Part shown: piece by piece, positions 39,749-49,681 of the stretch | Numbering within the stretch: position 1 is the first letter of the stretch | How the letters are laid out: every line of letters starts with the position of its first letter | Source of the DNA: Halodesulfurarchaeum sp. | GTDB taxonomy: Archaea > Halobacteriota > Halobacteria > Halobacteriales > Halobacteriaceae | DNA: 64,000 bases | Direction of reading: 5' to 3' | Assembly (NCBI GenBank): GCA_034520565.1 | Contig: JAXHNL010000002.1 | Span: 1,652,175-1,716,174 of the forward strand | Translations under genes and position numbers: made by a program | Notes under the pieces: generated by a model | What the model was told of the DNA's origin: nothing | Database searches by the model: none | The model's input: only the letters and a program-made list of their open reading frames with translations

Positions 39749-42540
39749 TCGCCGTCGTCCTCCGACGGTTCGTCCTGGGCCGCTTCAGCGTCCTCGCCCC
39801 GACTCACGGACGCACTCGTTTCGATGGTTTCCTCGGAACCGGATCCCGTCGATTCGGTACCCCCCTCCGTGGGCGTTGATTCCGTCGATTCGGTCTCGAC
39901 TTTCGCCGTCTCGAATGGGGTTTCCTCGAGACCCGTCTGCTCGTCGGGCACCGAGAATCCGTCTTCGGCGACCTCGTTTGCGGACTCGGACACCGTCATT
40001 TCGGGCAGCAGATCGGCGAGATCGGTCGCGTCTACGCCCCGATAGTCGGGAAACAGGTCCGAATCAGCTTCTCGGAGGATCGCTGCCGTCGTGTCGAGGA
40101 TGTCCTCGTCGGGATCCGGTCGTGGCACCATTTCCTCGGTTTCCGGGTCGACGTCGATCAACACGCTCTCCATCTCCCGGAGGTCGTCGAGTGCAGCCTC
40201 GAGTTCCCCGTTTGCGAGCAGCGCCAACAGGGTCTCCGGATCGTTGATGTAGGCCTGGATCGTCGCGGCAACCTCCGTGTAGGTATCGAGTCCGTGTTCG
40301 ATGAGATACGCCAGGATGACCCGGCGCTGGAATAGTTGCTCCTGCAGTTCGCCCTCGGACCACCCCCGGTCGAACTTGATTTCATCGAGGGTCGTGGACT
40401 CGGCCGTGCTCCGGTAGGTGTCCGTTTCGGGGCGCCACTGGAACACGTCATTGACATTTATCTCGTCGTTTTCGGCGTCATACCGCCTGATCTCCGTGAT
40501 GTTCCGGCTCCGGCGAACCTTCTTCCCGCGGACCCGCGTGGAGGCCTGAATCGAAACGAGATCGAGGGCGGTGAAAAGCGTCTTCGAGACGTTGATCGGG
40601 TCGGTGGTGAAGCGCTTGATGACCTCGCTCACGTTGTCCGCGTGGAAGGTGGTGTAGGTGGTATGGCCCGTCGACATGACCTGAAAGAGGGTCCGTCCCT
40701 CTTCTCCGCGAACCTCGCCCATGATGATGTAGTCGGGTCGCTGCCGAAGCGCAGCCTCCAGCAGGTCGAACTCGTCGATATCGCCGGCCTCGTCCTGTCC
40801 GAAAGAGGGTCTGGTGACCGAAGCGATCCAGTTGCGCTGTGGCAACTCGACTTCCCGAGTGTCCTCGATCGAGACGATCTTGGCGTTGCTCGGAATGAAC
40901 AGGGAAACCGCGTTCAGGCTCGTGGTTTTTCCCGAAGCAGTGCCTCCTGCGAAGAGCAGGGATTTCTTGTTCTCGATGCAGAGCCAGAGAAACGCCATCT
41001 CCTCGAGTGAAAAGGTCTTCCAGTTGATCAAATCAACCGGCGTGAACGGGACGTCCTTGAACTGCCGGATCGTGTAGTTCGTTCCGTGATCCGAGACCTC
41101 CGTCCCGAGGGTCAATTGGGCCCGAGAGCCGTCAGGCAGCGTGGCGTCGACCTGTGGCTGGCGTTTGCTAATACCCTTCCCCGAACGTTGGGCGAGTTTG
41201 ACGACGAAATCGTCGAGTTGCTCGGTTCCATGTCGGACGTTCGTGATGAGTTGCTCGTAGTCGGTGTGGTAGACGAAAACGGGGCTCTCGTAGCCGTCAC
41301 ACGAGATGTCCTCGACGTTGATGTCGTGTTTGATGCCGTCGATCCGTTCGTAGCCGGTGAAATCGCGGGTGAGCAGGTAGTGCAGCTTTTCGACCTGGTA
41401 CTCGTTCAGTTTCGGTTCGTCTTCGGCCAGAATCGCCGACTCGGGACGGGCCGAAATCCCTTCGAGACCGCCCGATTTCTGACCCGATCCCGTGCCCGTT
41501 AGCCCCAGACGTCGGCCGATCCGGCCGAGCCAGCCGTCCCGGTCGGCGCGGTCGAACCACGCTTCGAGACTCGATTGGAGTCCGTTCCCCGTCGAGGCAT
41601 CGTAGAGATCGTATCGGTTCAACAGCCGGTCGGTCTCTCGTTCGATGACTGCTTTTCGTTCCGCGTCGGAGCCACCGATGGTGACCCCTTCCTCGGCGTA
41701 CTTAATCGCCGTCCGGAGTTTCTCCGTCAAAAACGCCTGCAAGTCGGCTTCGATCGCGGTCCGGTAGGGTTCGATCAGGTAGTACTTCTTCTCGTTTTCC
41801 TTCCGGGAGTGAAAGATGACGACGAAGGCAGACGGCTTGTTGACCCAGTAGCGCTCCTCCTCACGGAAGTGGGTCTTTTTCTCCATCGGAACGGCCCGCT
41901 CGAGATCGTAGCGATTCGTCAGCGTCGTCGCCCCCTCGCGGGTGGAGAAAAACGCGTCCTCGTCGAGGTCCGGTTGCACGTCGACGGTCCGTTCGTCCAC
42001 GAGTGCATCGAGCTCCGCGGCCATCGACTCGCCGTGACTCAGGGCCCCCTCCATCTGCTCGGGGTCGAACCCGAGGTGTGTTGCTTTGTCGAAGGGTTCG
42101 ACGGCTCCCGAATCGTCTCGCGGGGGCTCACCCGTCTCGTCGTAATAGTATTCCCACTTGAAATGGGTCCACGTGTAGTGGTCTTTCCGGACGGGAACGC
42201 TACCTGCCTGCAGATCCGCGACGGCAGAGTCGAGATTGCTCGCCGCTTTGACCGCTCTCGCGAGGGTCCGGCGAAACCGATCCATCTCGACCGCGAATTC
42301 GGAATCCGACGGCTCCCAATGGGGGTTTTGGCTCACAGTCGAACCAGTCCGCGAATCCTCGTTCCCCCCGATTGTTTCCAATTCGTCCCCATCTCCCCTT
42401 TTCGAGTCGTCTCCATCCACTGTTTTCAGTCCATCGCCATCCGCCAGGGATGTCCCGTCCTCCCCCGCTCCGCCGGCGGCGTCCCTGTCAGTCGACAGGG
42501 TGTCGAGTTCCCCCTCCCCGTCGACCTCGTCGGTTCCCAT
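39745..42540 (-). CDS. pilB: Type IV pilus assembly ATPase (VirB11/FlaI family) with long acidic termini
   Basis: GGTASGKTT Walker A, IEDTRE, ALRQRPDYIIMGEVRG, TGH..TTFHA; start at MGTDEVD. Confidence 0.9.
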   Translation of the reverse strand: MGTDEVDGEGELDTLSTDRDAAGGAGEDGTSLADGDGLKTVDGDDSKRGDGDELETIGGNEDSRTGSTVSQNPHWEPSDSEFAVEMDRFRRTLARAVKAASNLDSAVADLQAGSVPVRKDHYTWTHFKWEYYYDETGEPPRDDSGAVEPFDKATHLGFDPEQMEGALSHGESMAAELDALVDERTVDVQPDLDEDAFFSTREGATTLTNRYDLERAVPMEKKTHFREEERYWVNKPSAFVVIFHSRKENEKKYYLIEPYRTAIEADLQAFLTEKLRTAIKYAEEGVTIGGSDAERKAVIERETDRLLNRYDLYDASTGNGLQSSLEAWFDRADRDGWLGRIGRRLGLTGTGSGQKSGGLEGISARPESAILAEDEPKLNEYQVEKLHYLLTRDFTGYERIDGIKHDINVEDISCDGYESPVFVYHTDYEQLITNVRHGTEQLDDFVVKLAQRSGKGISKRQPQVDATLPDGSRAQLTLGTEVSDHGTNYTIRQFKDVPFTPVDLINWKTFSLEEMAFLWLCIENKKSLLFAGGTASGKTTSLNAVSLFIPSNAKIVSIEDTREVELPQRNWIASVTRPSFGQDEAGDIDEFDLLEAALRQRPDYIIMGEVRGEEGRTLFQVMSTGHTTYTTFHADNVSEVIKRFTTDPINVSKTLFTALDLVSIQASTRVRGKKVRRSRNITEIRRYDAENDEINVNDVFQWRPETDTYRSTAESTTLDEIKFDRGWSEGELQEQLFQRRVILAYLIEHGLDTYTEVAATIQAYINDPETLLALLANGELEAALDDLREMESVLIDVDPETEEMVPRPDPDEDILDTTAAILREADSDLFPDYRGVDATDLADLLPEMTVSESANEVAEDGFSVPDEQTGLEETPFETAKVETESTESTPTEGGTESTGSGSEETIETSASVSRGEDAEAAQDEPSEDDGE

Positions 42541-42586
42541 ACTGCTATCTTGTTTCGACCTCCGGGATAAAGTCTTGCGGGAGTTG

Positions 42587-43435
42587 TTATTCCACCGCAG
42601 TGTGGCGAAAGGTAACAAGCCGGTCGGTGATGGCCGATTCGAATCGGTCCGGGTCAGACAGCGCGAGATGTCCCACCTCGTCGAACCGTCGGCGGGCCAG
42701 TTCGAGTGATAGTTCGCGGGATTGCTCTTCGAGCGTCCACCCCTCGAGCGGACGGGCACCGTTCTCGAGAAGGTCCGCGACCGTTTCGGCCGTCAACTCC
42801 TGTGGGAGCCACGATTCGAACGCCTGTGGCGTTCCAGCCGGTTCGGGTGGCACTCTCGTGACGGACTCGAACTGGCGCTGTAGAACGGCCACCGACTGGC
42901 CTCGCTTCTTCCGCAGTTCGATCCCGGCAGCGGTCGTCGATCCGTACGTCGCTTCGGGAATGCGGTCACGATCGCCCGAAATATCGCGGGCGTGGACCTC
43001 CCGCTCCACCGTCGGAATCGGCCAGAGCCCGAGTTCCTCGTACACCCGGTCGGCCACGTCGACCGGCAGGACGGAATCCGCCGTCTCGTCCCAGACTTCG
43101 AGCCCGAAGACTGGCGGCATCGCGTCCCAGTCGTACTCGACGCCCATCGAGAGCGGTGCGAGCACGTAGAACGTGTACTGGGTGACGTCGTCCACGGCAG
43201 CGCGCAGTCCGTCTCGATCGAGGTTCTCCCTGACTGCATCGGTCGCCCGGCGGTACGGCCAGGGCTCCGGCGTTTCGAAATCCCCCTCCGGCCCGGCCAT
43301 CACGAGCAAGCCCGATTCGTCCATCCGGACTGCGAACACCCCGCCGGTGACGAACTCCCGGATCCAGAAATGGCCGCCGTCGAGATACCCATCCGGTCGA
43401 TCCGCGAACGGCTCGACTGGCCGGTAGTGCCACAT
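42587..43435 (-). CDS. RNA-ligase-like protein, motif I degenerate
   Basis: GHFWIREFVTG where ligase-like homologues read EKxDG; YDWD..P and IP...YG...A.G motifs. Confidence 0.6.
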   Translation of the reverse strand: MWHYRPVEPFADRPDGYLDGGHFWIREFVTGGVFAVRMDESGLLVMAGPEGDFETPEPWPYRRATDAVRENLDRDGLRAAVDDVTQYTFYVLAPLSMGVEYDWDAMPPVFGLEVWDETADSVLPVDVADRVYEELGLWPIPTVEREVHARDISGDRDRIPEATYGSTTAAGIELRKKRGQSVAVLQRQFESVTRVPPEPAGTPQAFESWLPQELTAETVADLLENGARPLEGWTLEEQSRELSLELARRRFDEVGHLALSDPDRFESAITDRLVTFRHTAVE

Positions 43436-43626
43436 CGACCTGATTCACGCACGGGTGGCACAAAGCGGCACCGGTGTCCCGTGCCGGCGGGACTCAATCC
43501 TGGAAGCCGACCGGCACGAAGAATCGGCCTCCTCGCGAAAATGCGAACACTCCGGTCGGTACAATGGCGATTTGAGCATCTGATACAGTTTTAACCGTCC
43601 CGGCACAAGGAACGGTCAACAGTCAC

Positions 43627-44259
43627 ATGTCAAGTCCCCTCACCAAAATTCGGGCGGGCGACGCGACGGCCTCTACCCAACCTCGTGTCGTCGCCCTCGA
43701 CGGTACCGGCGTCGACGAGGTCTTCGAAGCCCTGGCCTCGGAAACCCGTCGACATATGCTCGAGGAACTCTACGACGATCCCACGACCCCCTCGGAATTG
43801 GCCACGCTCACCGATACGTCACTCCAGAACGTCCACTATCACCTCGAAAAGCTCGGCGACGTCGATCTCGTCGAACCGGTCGGCACCCGATACTCGGAAA
43901 AGGGGGCGGAAATGTCCGTGTACGCCCCCACCAGCGATCCACTCGTGGTGGTCGAAGGGGAGGAGGATCGCGACGAGATGGAATCACGGCTCAAGCGTCT
44001 TGTCGGTGCCATTTCGACGATCACAGTCGGCAGTGTGCTCGCCCAGTTCGCCCTCGGCTCCCGTGTGACACCGGGTGATCCCGGCGGGGGCGAAATGATG
44101 GTGATGACGGAATCGGTGGAGGAGTCGGCTTCCGCCGCTTCACCGGGGATTTTCGACGCCATTGGAAACGTGCTCGTCGAACCGGGTGCGATGGTTCTCG
44201 TCGGCGGCCTCATTGCCCTTCTCGCCCTCGAAGCGGTGTATCGCCGACGAACGGCTTGA
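43627..44259 (+). CDS. ArsR-type HTH regulator with two C-terminal TM helices
   Basis: ALASETRR, SLQNVHYHL, YSEKGAEMSVY. Confidence 0.85.
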   Translation: MSSPLTKIRAGDATASTQPRVVALDGTGVDEVFEALASETRRHMLEELYDDPTTPSELATLTDTSLQNVHYHLEKLGDVDLVEPVGTRYSEKGAEMSVYAPTSDPLVVVEGEEDRDEMESRLKRLVGAISTITVGSVLAQFALGSRVTPGDPGGGEMMVMTESVEESASAASPGIFDAIGNVLVEPGAMVLVGGLIALLALEAVYRRRTA

Positions 44260-44350
44260 ACATCTGTTCTGTTCGCTGCGTGGGTCACAATTTCCGCGTC
44301 CACCGGGCCGGTTAAGAGGGACGGAGAACCGAGTCCCAGACGAGAACAGG

Positions 44351-46066
44351 ATGGCCGACAGTACGGAGAAAGACGACAGTCTGCGAAGCGCGACGGTCAC
44401 GGAAGGTGTCGATCGAGCCCCGCATCGATCCCTATTCAGGGCGGCCGGGCTCGACGACGAAGAGATCCATCAACCGCTCATCGGGATCGCAAACTCCTGG
44501 AACGAGATCGTCCCGGGACACGTCCACCTCGACGAACTCGCTACACACGTCAAGGCGGGGATTCGGGACGCGGGGGGCACGCCGCTCGAGTTCAATACGA
44601 TCGCCGTCGACGACGGGATCGCGATGGGTCACGAGGGAATGCGGTCGAGCCTTCCCTCACGGGAGACGATCGCCGATTCAGTCGAGCTGATGACCAACGC
44701 TCACCAGTTCGACGGGCTCGTCGTGATGGCATCCTGTGACAAGATCGTTCCGGGCATGTTGATGGCGGTCGCGCGGCTCGACATTCCCGCGATCGTCGTC
44801 ACCGGCGGGCACATGGCCGCCGGCAGTTTCCAGGACGAACCGGCCGACCTCGTGACGGTCTTCGAGGGCGTCAGCCAGTACCGCGAGGGGGAACTCACCG
44901 AGGAGGAACTCTACGAACTAGAGTGTACCGCCTGTCCGGGCGAAGGCTCCTGTGCAGGCATGTTCACGGCCAACACGATGGCCTGTGTCACCGAAGCGCT
45001 GGGCCTCTCCGTTACCGAATGTGCGACCTACGGGGCCACAGACGAAAAAAAGCGAGACATCGCCTCCGAGAGCGGTGCCCGGGTGCTCGAACTCGTGAGA
45101 AACGACGTGCGGCCGTCGGACTTGCTAAGCGAGGCGGCCTTCGAGGACGCCCTCCGGGTTGATCTCGCACTGGGCGGGAGTACCAATACGATGCTTCACG
45201 TGCCCGCTATCGCCGCGGAGGCGGGTCTCGACATCACGCTATCGGACTTCGACGACCTCGCCGAGGAGACGCCACACCTCGCCCACATGAGCCCGGCCGG
45301 GCCCTGGCGGATGGAACACCTCCGCGACGACGGTGGCGTGCCTGCCGTGATGGCCGAACTCGAGTCCGAGATGCACGCCGACCGACCCACCGTCGAGGGT
45401 AGCACGATCGGCGAGCGGATCGACGCCGCGACACGAGGAGAGACCGTCATTCAGTCCCGAAACGACCCAGTCCACGACGGTGGCAGTTTGGCCGTTCTGA
45501 AGGGTAATCTCGCGCCGAACGGGGCGGTCGTGAAAGCCGGCGCCATGGACGAGTCCATGCACCAGTTCGAGGGACACGCACGTGTCTTCGAATCCCAGGC
45601 CGCAGCCCTCGAAGCGCTCGACGAGAGACGAATCGATCCGGGCGAAGTCCTCGTCATCCGTTACGAGGGCCCTCGAGGCGGTCCCGGCATGCCCGAAATG
45701 CTCGAGCCGACCTCGAAAGTGAGCGGCTCACCTCGTCTCTCCGGCGAGGTAGCCCTAATCACTGACGGGCGTTTCTCAGGCGGCACGAGAGGAGCGGCGA
45801 TCGGACACGTCAGTCCGGAGGCGGCTGCCGGCGGCCCGATCGCCCTCGTCGAAGACGGAGATACGATCGTCGTCGACGTCGACGAAAACAGACTGGAACT
45901 TGCAGTCTCACGGGAGACACTCGAAGCGCGTGCCGAGGAGTGGGAACCACCCGAGAACGAGACCAGCGGCGTGCTCGCGAAGTACGCGGCGATGGCCACG
46001 AGCGCGGCGACTGGCGCCGTTCTCGAAGCCCCGGCCTTCGAAGACGTGGTAATTTCGCTCGAATGA
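44351..46066 (+). CDS. ilvD: Dihydroxy-acid dehydratase
   Basis: DDGIAMGH, CDKIVPG, CAGMFTANTM, GGSTN, ITDGRFSGGT. Confidence 0.96.
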   Translation: MADSTEKDDSLRSATVTEGVDRAPHRSLFRAAGLDDEEIHQPLIGIANSWNEIVPGHVHLDELATHVKAGIRDAGGTPLEFNTIAVDDGIAMGHEGMRSSLPSRETIADSVELMTNAHQFDGLVVMASCDKIVPGMLMAVARLDIPAIVVTGGHMAAGSFQDEPADLVTVFEGVSQYREGELTEEELYELECTACPGEGSCAGMFTANTMACVTEALGLSVTECATYGATDEKKRDIASESGARVLELVRNDVRPSDLLSEAAFEDALRVDLALGGSTNTMLHVPAIAAEAGLDITLSDFDDLAEETPHLAHMSPAGPWRMEHLRDDGGVPAVMAELESEMHADRPTVEGSTIGERIDAATRGETVIQSRNDPVHDGGSLAVLKGNLAPNGAVVKAGAMDESMHQFEGHARVFESQAAALEALDERRIDPGEVLVIRYEGPRGGPGMPEMLEPTSKVSGSPRLSGEVALITDGRFSGGTRGAAIGHVSPEAAAGGPIALVEDGDTIVVDVDENRLELAVSRETLEARAEEWEPPENETSGVLAKYAAMATSAATGAVLEAPAFEDVVISLE

Positions 46067-46123
46067 GGAACTCGGAGACTACCGAGGGCGGAAAAATCCA
46101 CCACCGGTCCGATCGACCGATCC

Positions 46124-46534
46124 TTAGACCGCTTCGATGTCGGAGTCCGACGGAGTCCCGTCGACTGGTTCGGCGCGGGCAAAGCGCGGTCCGACGCTGA
46201 CGACCTCCACGGTAACCACGTCGCCGATCGCCGTGTTGGGGACGAACACGACGTATCCGCCCTCGACGTAGGCGATCCCGTCGCCCTCCTCGCCCTTCGA
46301 ATCGATCTCGACTTCGAGCGTATCGCCTTCGTCAACCGGTGGGGTCGACCGGTTCGATTCGCTCCGGGACGACGTCCGACTCGAAGTAACGGTGTCGAGG
46401 ACCCCGAATCTGTAGACGGCACCGGGATCGAGGTCGCCCACGTCGATCTCTCGTTCGGGAATCGAAATCACGTATTCGCCGTTTTTCCGCTCGATCTCGG
46501 CGGAAAACACGGCAAGCAGGTCAGTTACAGCCAT
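46124..46534 (-). CDS. TRAM domain protein
   Basis: PPVDEG...GEEGDGIA..GGYVVFVP. Confidence 0.85.
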   Translation of the reverse strand: MAVTDLLAVFSAEIERKNGEYVISIPEREIDVGDLDPGAVYRFGVLDTVTSSRTSSRSESNRSTPPVDEGDTLEVEIDSKGEEGDGIAYVEGGYVVFVPNTAIGDVVTVEVVSVGPRFARAEPVDGTPSDSDIEAV

Positions 46535-46777
46535 GACAGTGCTAGGATGTCCGGGCAAACCTGTATCAACGTTTTGATTCGAGGCGAAGACCGCACCTCG
46601 AAGATTGGGTCGCCGTTTTCGACCGTTCGCCTGTATGAAAACGCTTTAGATTGCAAACCGCCTAGCTCTCGATAGTGTGATGAGCTCCACGCGTCGACGC
46701 CGAAACGGGATTTCTCCGTCGGACTTCCGCACAGATACGGTCCAATCACGGGACGACGGTACTCCGGGGCGATACCA

Positions 46778-48331
46778 ATGATCAACCAGAATTTCAAGGA
46801 AACGGTACTCGACGAGAACGAGTTCGCGGTCACCTGGGAACTTATCCCCGGCCGGGGAGCCACCGAGGCCCAACAAGACGAGGTCTTCGAGAACGCCTCG
46901 CTGGCCGCCGAGGGATCGGTTGTGGACGCCGTCTCGTTGACCGACAACCCCGGCGGTACACCCGCGCTCTCCGCGGATTATCTCGGAATGAAACTCAAAG
47001 AGGAGGGTATCGAACCGCTCGTCCACTTCACGACGAAGGACAAGAATCGCAACCAGATCGAAGGCCTGTTGCACGCCCTGGAGCGCGAGAATATTCACAA
47101 CCTCCTGATCATGAGCGGCGACCATCAGGGGGAGGCGTTCGAGGGACAGGCGAAGGCGGTCTACGACCTCGATCCCGTTCAGGCACTGGATTTCGTCTCG
47201 GAACTCAACGACGGGTACGAGTTCGACGACGCCTTCGGCCGACACAACGAACTGGATGAGGCGAACTTCTTCCCCGGCGCAGTGGTCTCGCCGTTCAAGA
47301 ACCTCGAGGCCGAGTTAATCCCCCAGTACTGGAAACTCGAGAAGAAGGTTGAGCGGGGCGCGGAGTTCATCATTCCACAGGTCGGCTTCGATGCCCGGAA
47401 GTTCCACGAACTGCTCCAGTACGTCGAGGAGAAGGACCTCGACGTGCCGGTCATCGGGAACCTCTACGTCCTCGACCCGGGCTCGGCCCAGGTGATGAAC
47501 GGGAAATCCATTCCGGGGGCCATCGTCTCCGACGAACTCCGGGCCGAAGTCGAGGCCGAACAGGAGGGAGACGATCCCCACCAGGCGATGCTCGAGCGGG
47601 CGGCGAAGATGTACGCCTTCATGAAGGGCATGGGATTCGCTGGCGTCCACATCGGCGGGCACGGAGCCGATTACGACGACGTCGAATACATCGTCGAGCG
47701 CGGCGAGGAACTCGTCCCCGAGTGGGAGGACCTCGTCAGTGAGTTCGACTATTCGGACGAGTTTTACTACTATTACGAACAGGACCCCGAGACGGGCCTG
47801 AACGCCGACGAACACGCCCCACGGCCCGAGAAACCGAAACAGGACCTGAAGTACCGCGGGTTCAAGGTCGCCCATGAAGCGATGTTCGAGCCCGACGGCG
47901 CCCTGTTCGGGCCGATGCGATACACGGCGAAGAAGGTCGATGACACCTGGATGGAGGGGCCCTACGAGGGCTTCGAGCGGATCGCAAAGACCGTCTCGAA
48001 CGAGTGCCAGGAGTGTGGCAACTGTGCCCTGTTCGACCTGGCCTATCTCTGTCCGATGTCACAGTGTCCGAAAAACGAGCGGAACGGGCCCTGTGGCGGA
48101 AGTCACGACGGCTATTGTGAGGTCTACCCGGAGCAGGACGAGTGCATTTACGTGCGGGCCTACCGCAAACTGAAAGCTGACGGTGGCATGGAGAAGGCCC
48201 GGGAGAAACTCCGCGAGACGTACATTCCGCCGCCAGATTGGGAGCTTGAGGGAACCTCCTCGTGGATCAACTACTACCTCGGCAAGGATTACGCCGGTAA
48301 GCGAGCCGGCAATCAACTCGCCGAAGAGTAG
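46778..48331 (+). CDS. metF: Methylenetetrahydrofolate reductase with fused C-terminal MetV-like Cys domain
   Basis: TDNPGG, HFTTKDKNRN, SGD, KKVERGAEFIIPQVGFD; C-terminal CQECGNC...CPK..RNGPCGG..CEV..C. Confidence 0.85.
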   Translation: MINQNFKETVLDENEFAVTWELIPGRGATEAQQDEVFENASLAAEGSVVDAVSLTDNPGGTPALSADYLGMKLKEEGIEPLVHFTTKDKNRNQIEGLLHALERENIHNLLIMSGDHQGEAFEGQAKAVYDLDPVQALDFVSELNDGYEFDDAFGRHNELDEANFFPGAVVSPFKNLEAELIPQYWKLEKKVERGAEFIIPQVGFDARKFHELLQYVEEKDLDVPVIGNLYVLDPGSAQVMNGKSIPGAIVSDELRAEVEAEQEGDDPHQAMLERAAKMYAFMKGMGFAGVHIGGHGADYDDVEYIVERGEELVPEWEDLVSEFDYSDEFYYYYEQDPETGLNADEHAPRPEKPKQDLKYRGFKVAHEAMFEPDGALFGPMRYTAKKVDDTWMEGPYEGFERIAKTVSNECQECGNCALFDLAYLCPMSQCPKNERNGPCGGSHDGYCEVYPEQDECIYVRAYRKLKADGGMEKAREKLRETYIPPPDWELEGTSSWINYYLGKDYAGKRAGNQLAEE

Positions 48332-48418
48332 TCGGAACCACATCGGTTTGCGACACGAAAGCGAGAGAGCAAAATCGCCACTGGTTCTGCAGCCGAGCGG
48401 GTCGAAGAAGGAGCGGGG

Positions 48419-49312
48419 TCAGTCCGCCCGTGGAATAACTAACACGGGGACCTCGACGGACCTGAGGACAGTACTCGTCACGCTCCCGAGCACCTGCCGT
48501 TTCACGTTGGTCCGACCGTGTGACCCCATGACGATGAGATCGATGTCCCGGGAGCGGGCGTAGCTATCGATCCCGCCTGAAACGCCGTCGAAGTCGGTGG
48601 ACCGCTCCAGATCAGTCGTGACCTCTATTTCTGGATCACGTACCCGAAGTCGGTCACGGCCCGACTCGACTGCCTTCCGAATAGCATTTTCCAATCGGTC
48701 GACGAACTCGGTGTCGAGGCCCCCGGCATTGAAAACGCCCCCGGCCCGCTGCAGGTCGAGAACCGACAGCACGTGGACGACCGCGCCGGTCGTCCCGGCA
48801 AGCTCGGCGGCCGGGTCGAAGGCGAGTTCGGCGTTTTCGCTCCCGTCCGTGGGAACCAGAATCCGCGATGGTGGAATCCGCGAGACCCCAGGACCGGTCC
48901 CCGGTTCGACCAGGACCGGTGCGACACCGGATTCAAGCACTTTCTCGGTGACACCGCCGAGGAATTTCCGTGAGACCGAGGACCGACCCTGTCTGCCGAG
49001 GATGATGACTGGATTCGGCTGCGCCGAGGCGAACTCGATGAGCCGTCCAGCTGGTCGGCCTTCGAGAAGCGTCGAGTCCACCGCCACGCCCCGGTCGACG
49101 CCCGCCGATTCGATCTCCTCGAGCAGTTCCCGTCGTCCCGCCCGAATTCGGTCCCGATCCGCCGGCGAGCGGAGCGCATCCAGTAGCGAGCGATCGAGCA
49201 CGTGGACGATTTTGACCCGCGCCCCGAGTAGTCGGGCGAGCTCGAACCCAGTCCGTGCCGCCTGTGTTGCCTCCTCGCTCGAATCGATCGCGAGGATTAC
49301 CCGATCGTACAT
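48419..49312 (-). CDS. Tandem universal stress protein
   Basis: Two Usp domains; ILVPTDGS, IVMGSHGR..LGSVT. Confidence 0.9.
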   Translation of the reverse strand: MYDRVILAIDSSEEATQAARTGFELARLLGARVKIVHVLDRSLLDALRSPADRDRIRAGRRELLEEIESAGVDRGVAVDSTLLEGRPAGRLIEFASAQPNPVIILGRQGRSSVSRKFLGGVTEKVLESGVAPVLVEPGTGPGVSRIPPSRILVPTDGSENAELAFDPAAELAGTTGAVVHVLSVLDLQRAGGVFNAGGLDTEFVDRLENAIRKAVESGRDRLRVRDPEIEVTTDLERSTDFDGVSGGIDSYARSRDIDLIVMGSHGRTNVKRQVLGSVTSTVLRSVEVPVLVIPRAD

Positions 49313-49411
49313 GCAGTAATCTGGGAGGGCGAGCATCTTCATCGTTTGCCCCACGTTTCGTGCGAACAAGAGACACGGACATTCAATAGCCCGTCCCGCC
49401 TACGTGAAGCC

Positions 49412-49570
49412 ATGAGCTTCGGGGACAATCGGAAAGCCGTCGACTGCATGAACACGAGCTGCAAGTACAACAGTTCGAGAACCTGTGGGTACTCGGGTCG
49501 GCTGGTCATCGACGCCGACGGGAACTGCGAGATGGAATCGGACAGCTACGGCCGCGACCAGTTCCCCTGA
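49412..49570 (+). CDS. Cys-rich microprotein, DUF1540-like (52 aa)
   Basis: VDCMNTSCKYNSSRTC...IDADGNC. Confidence 0.55.
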   Translation: MSFGDNRKAVDCMNTSCKYNSSRTCGYSGRLVIDADGNCEMESDSYGRDQFP

Positions 49571-49584
49571 AAATTCGAGCCGGA

Positions 49585-49636
49585 AGGGCCAATCCGTCCC
49601 CGACCCGAAGAGGGCCAATCCGTCCCCGACCCGAAG
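49585..49636 (+). repeat. Perfect 26-bp tandem duplication
   Basis: agggccaatccgtccccgacccgaag x2. Confidence 0.95.
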
Positions 49637-49681
49637 CACGCGGGGAATGACCTTTTTGGTGACCCACACCAACTACACTGT

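Noticed and set aside
35507-42540. Archaellum or conjugation system
   Set aside because: No flaH/arl accessory or VirB4/relaxase genes; the layout fits an ordinary haloarchaeal pilB/pilC/pilin locus
49585-49636. Possible mini CRISPR array
   Set aside because: Only two abutting copies, no spacers, no cas genes in the window
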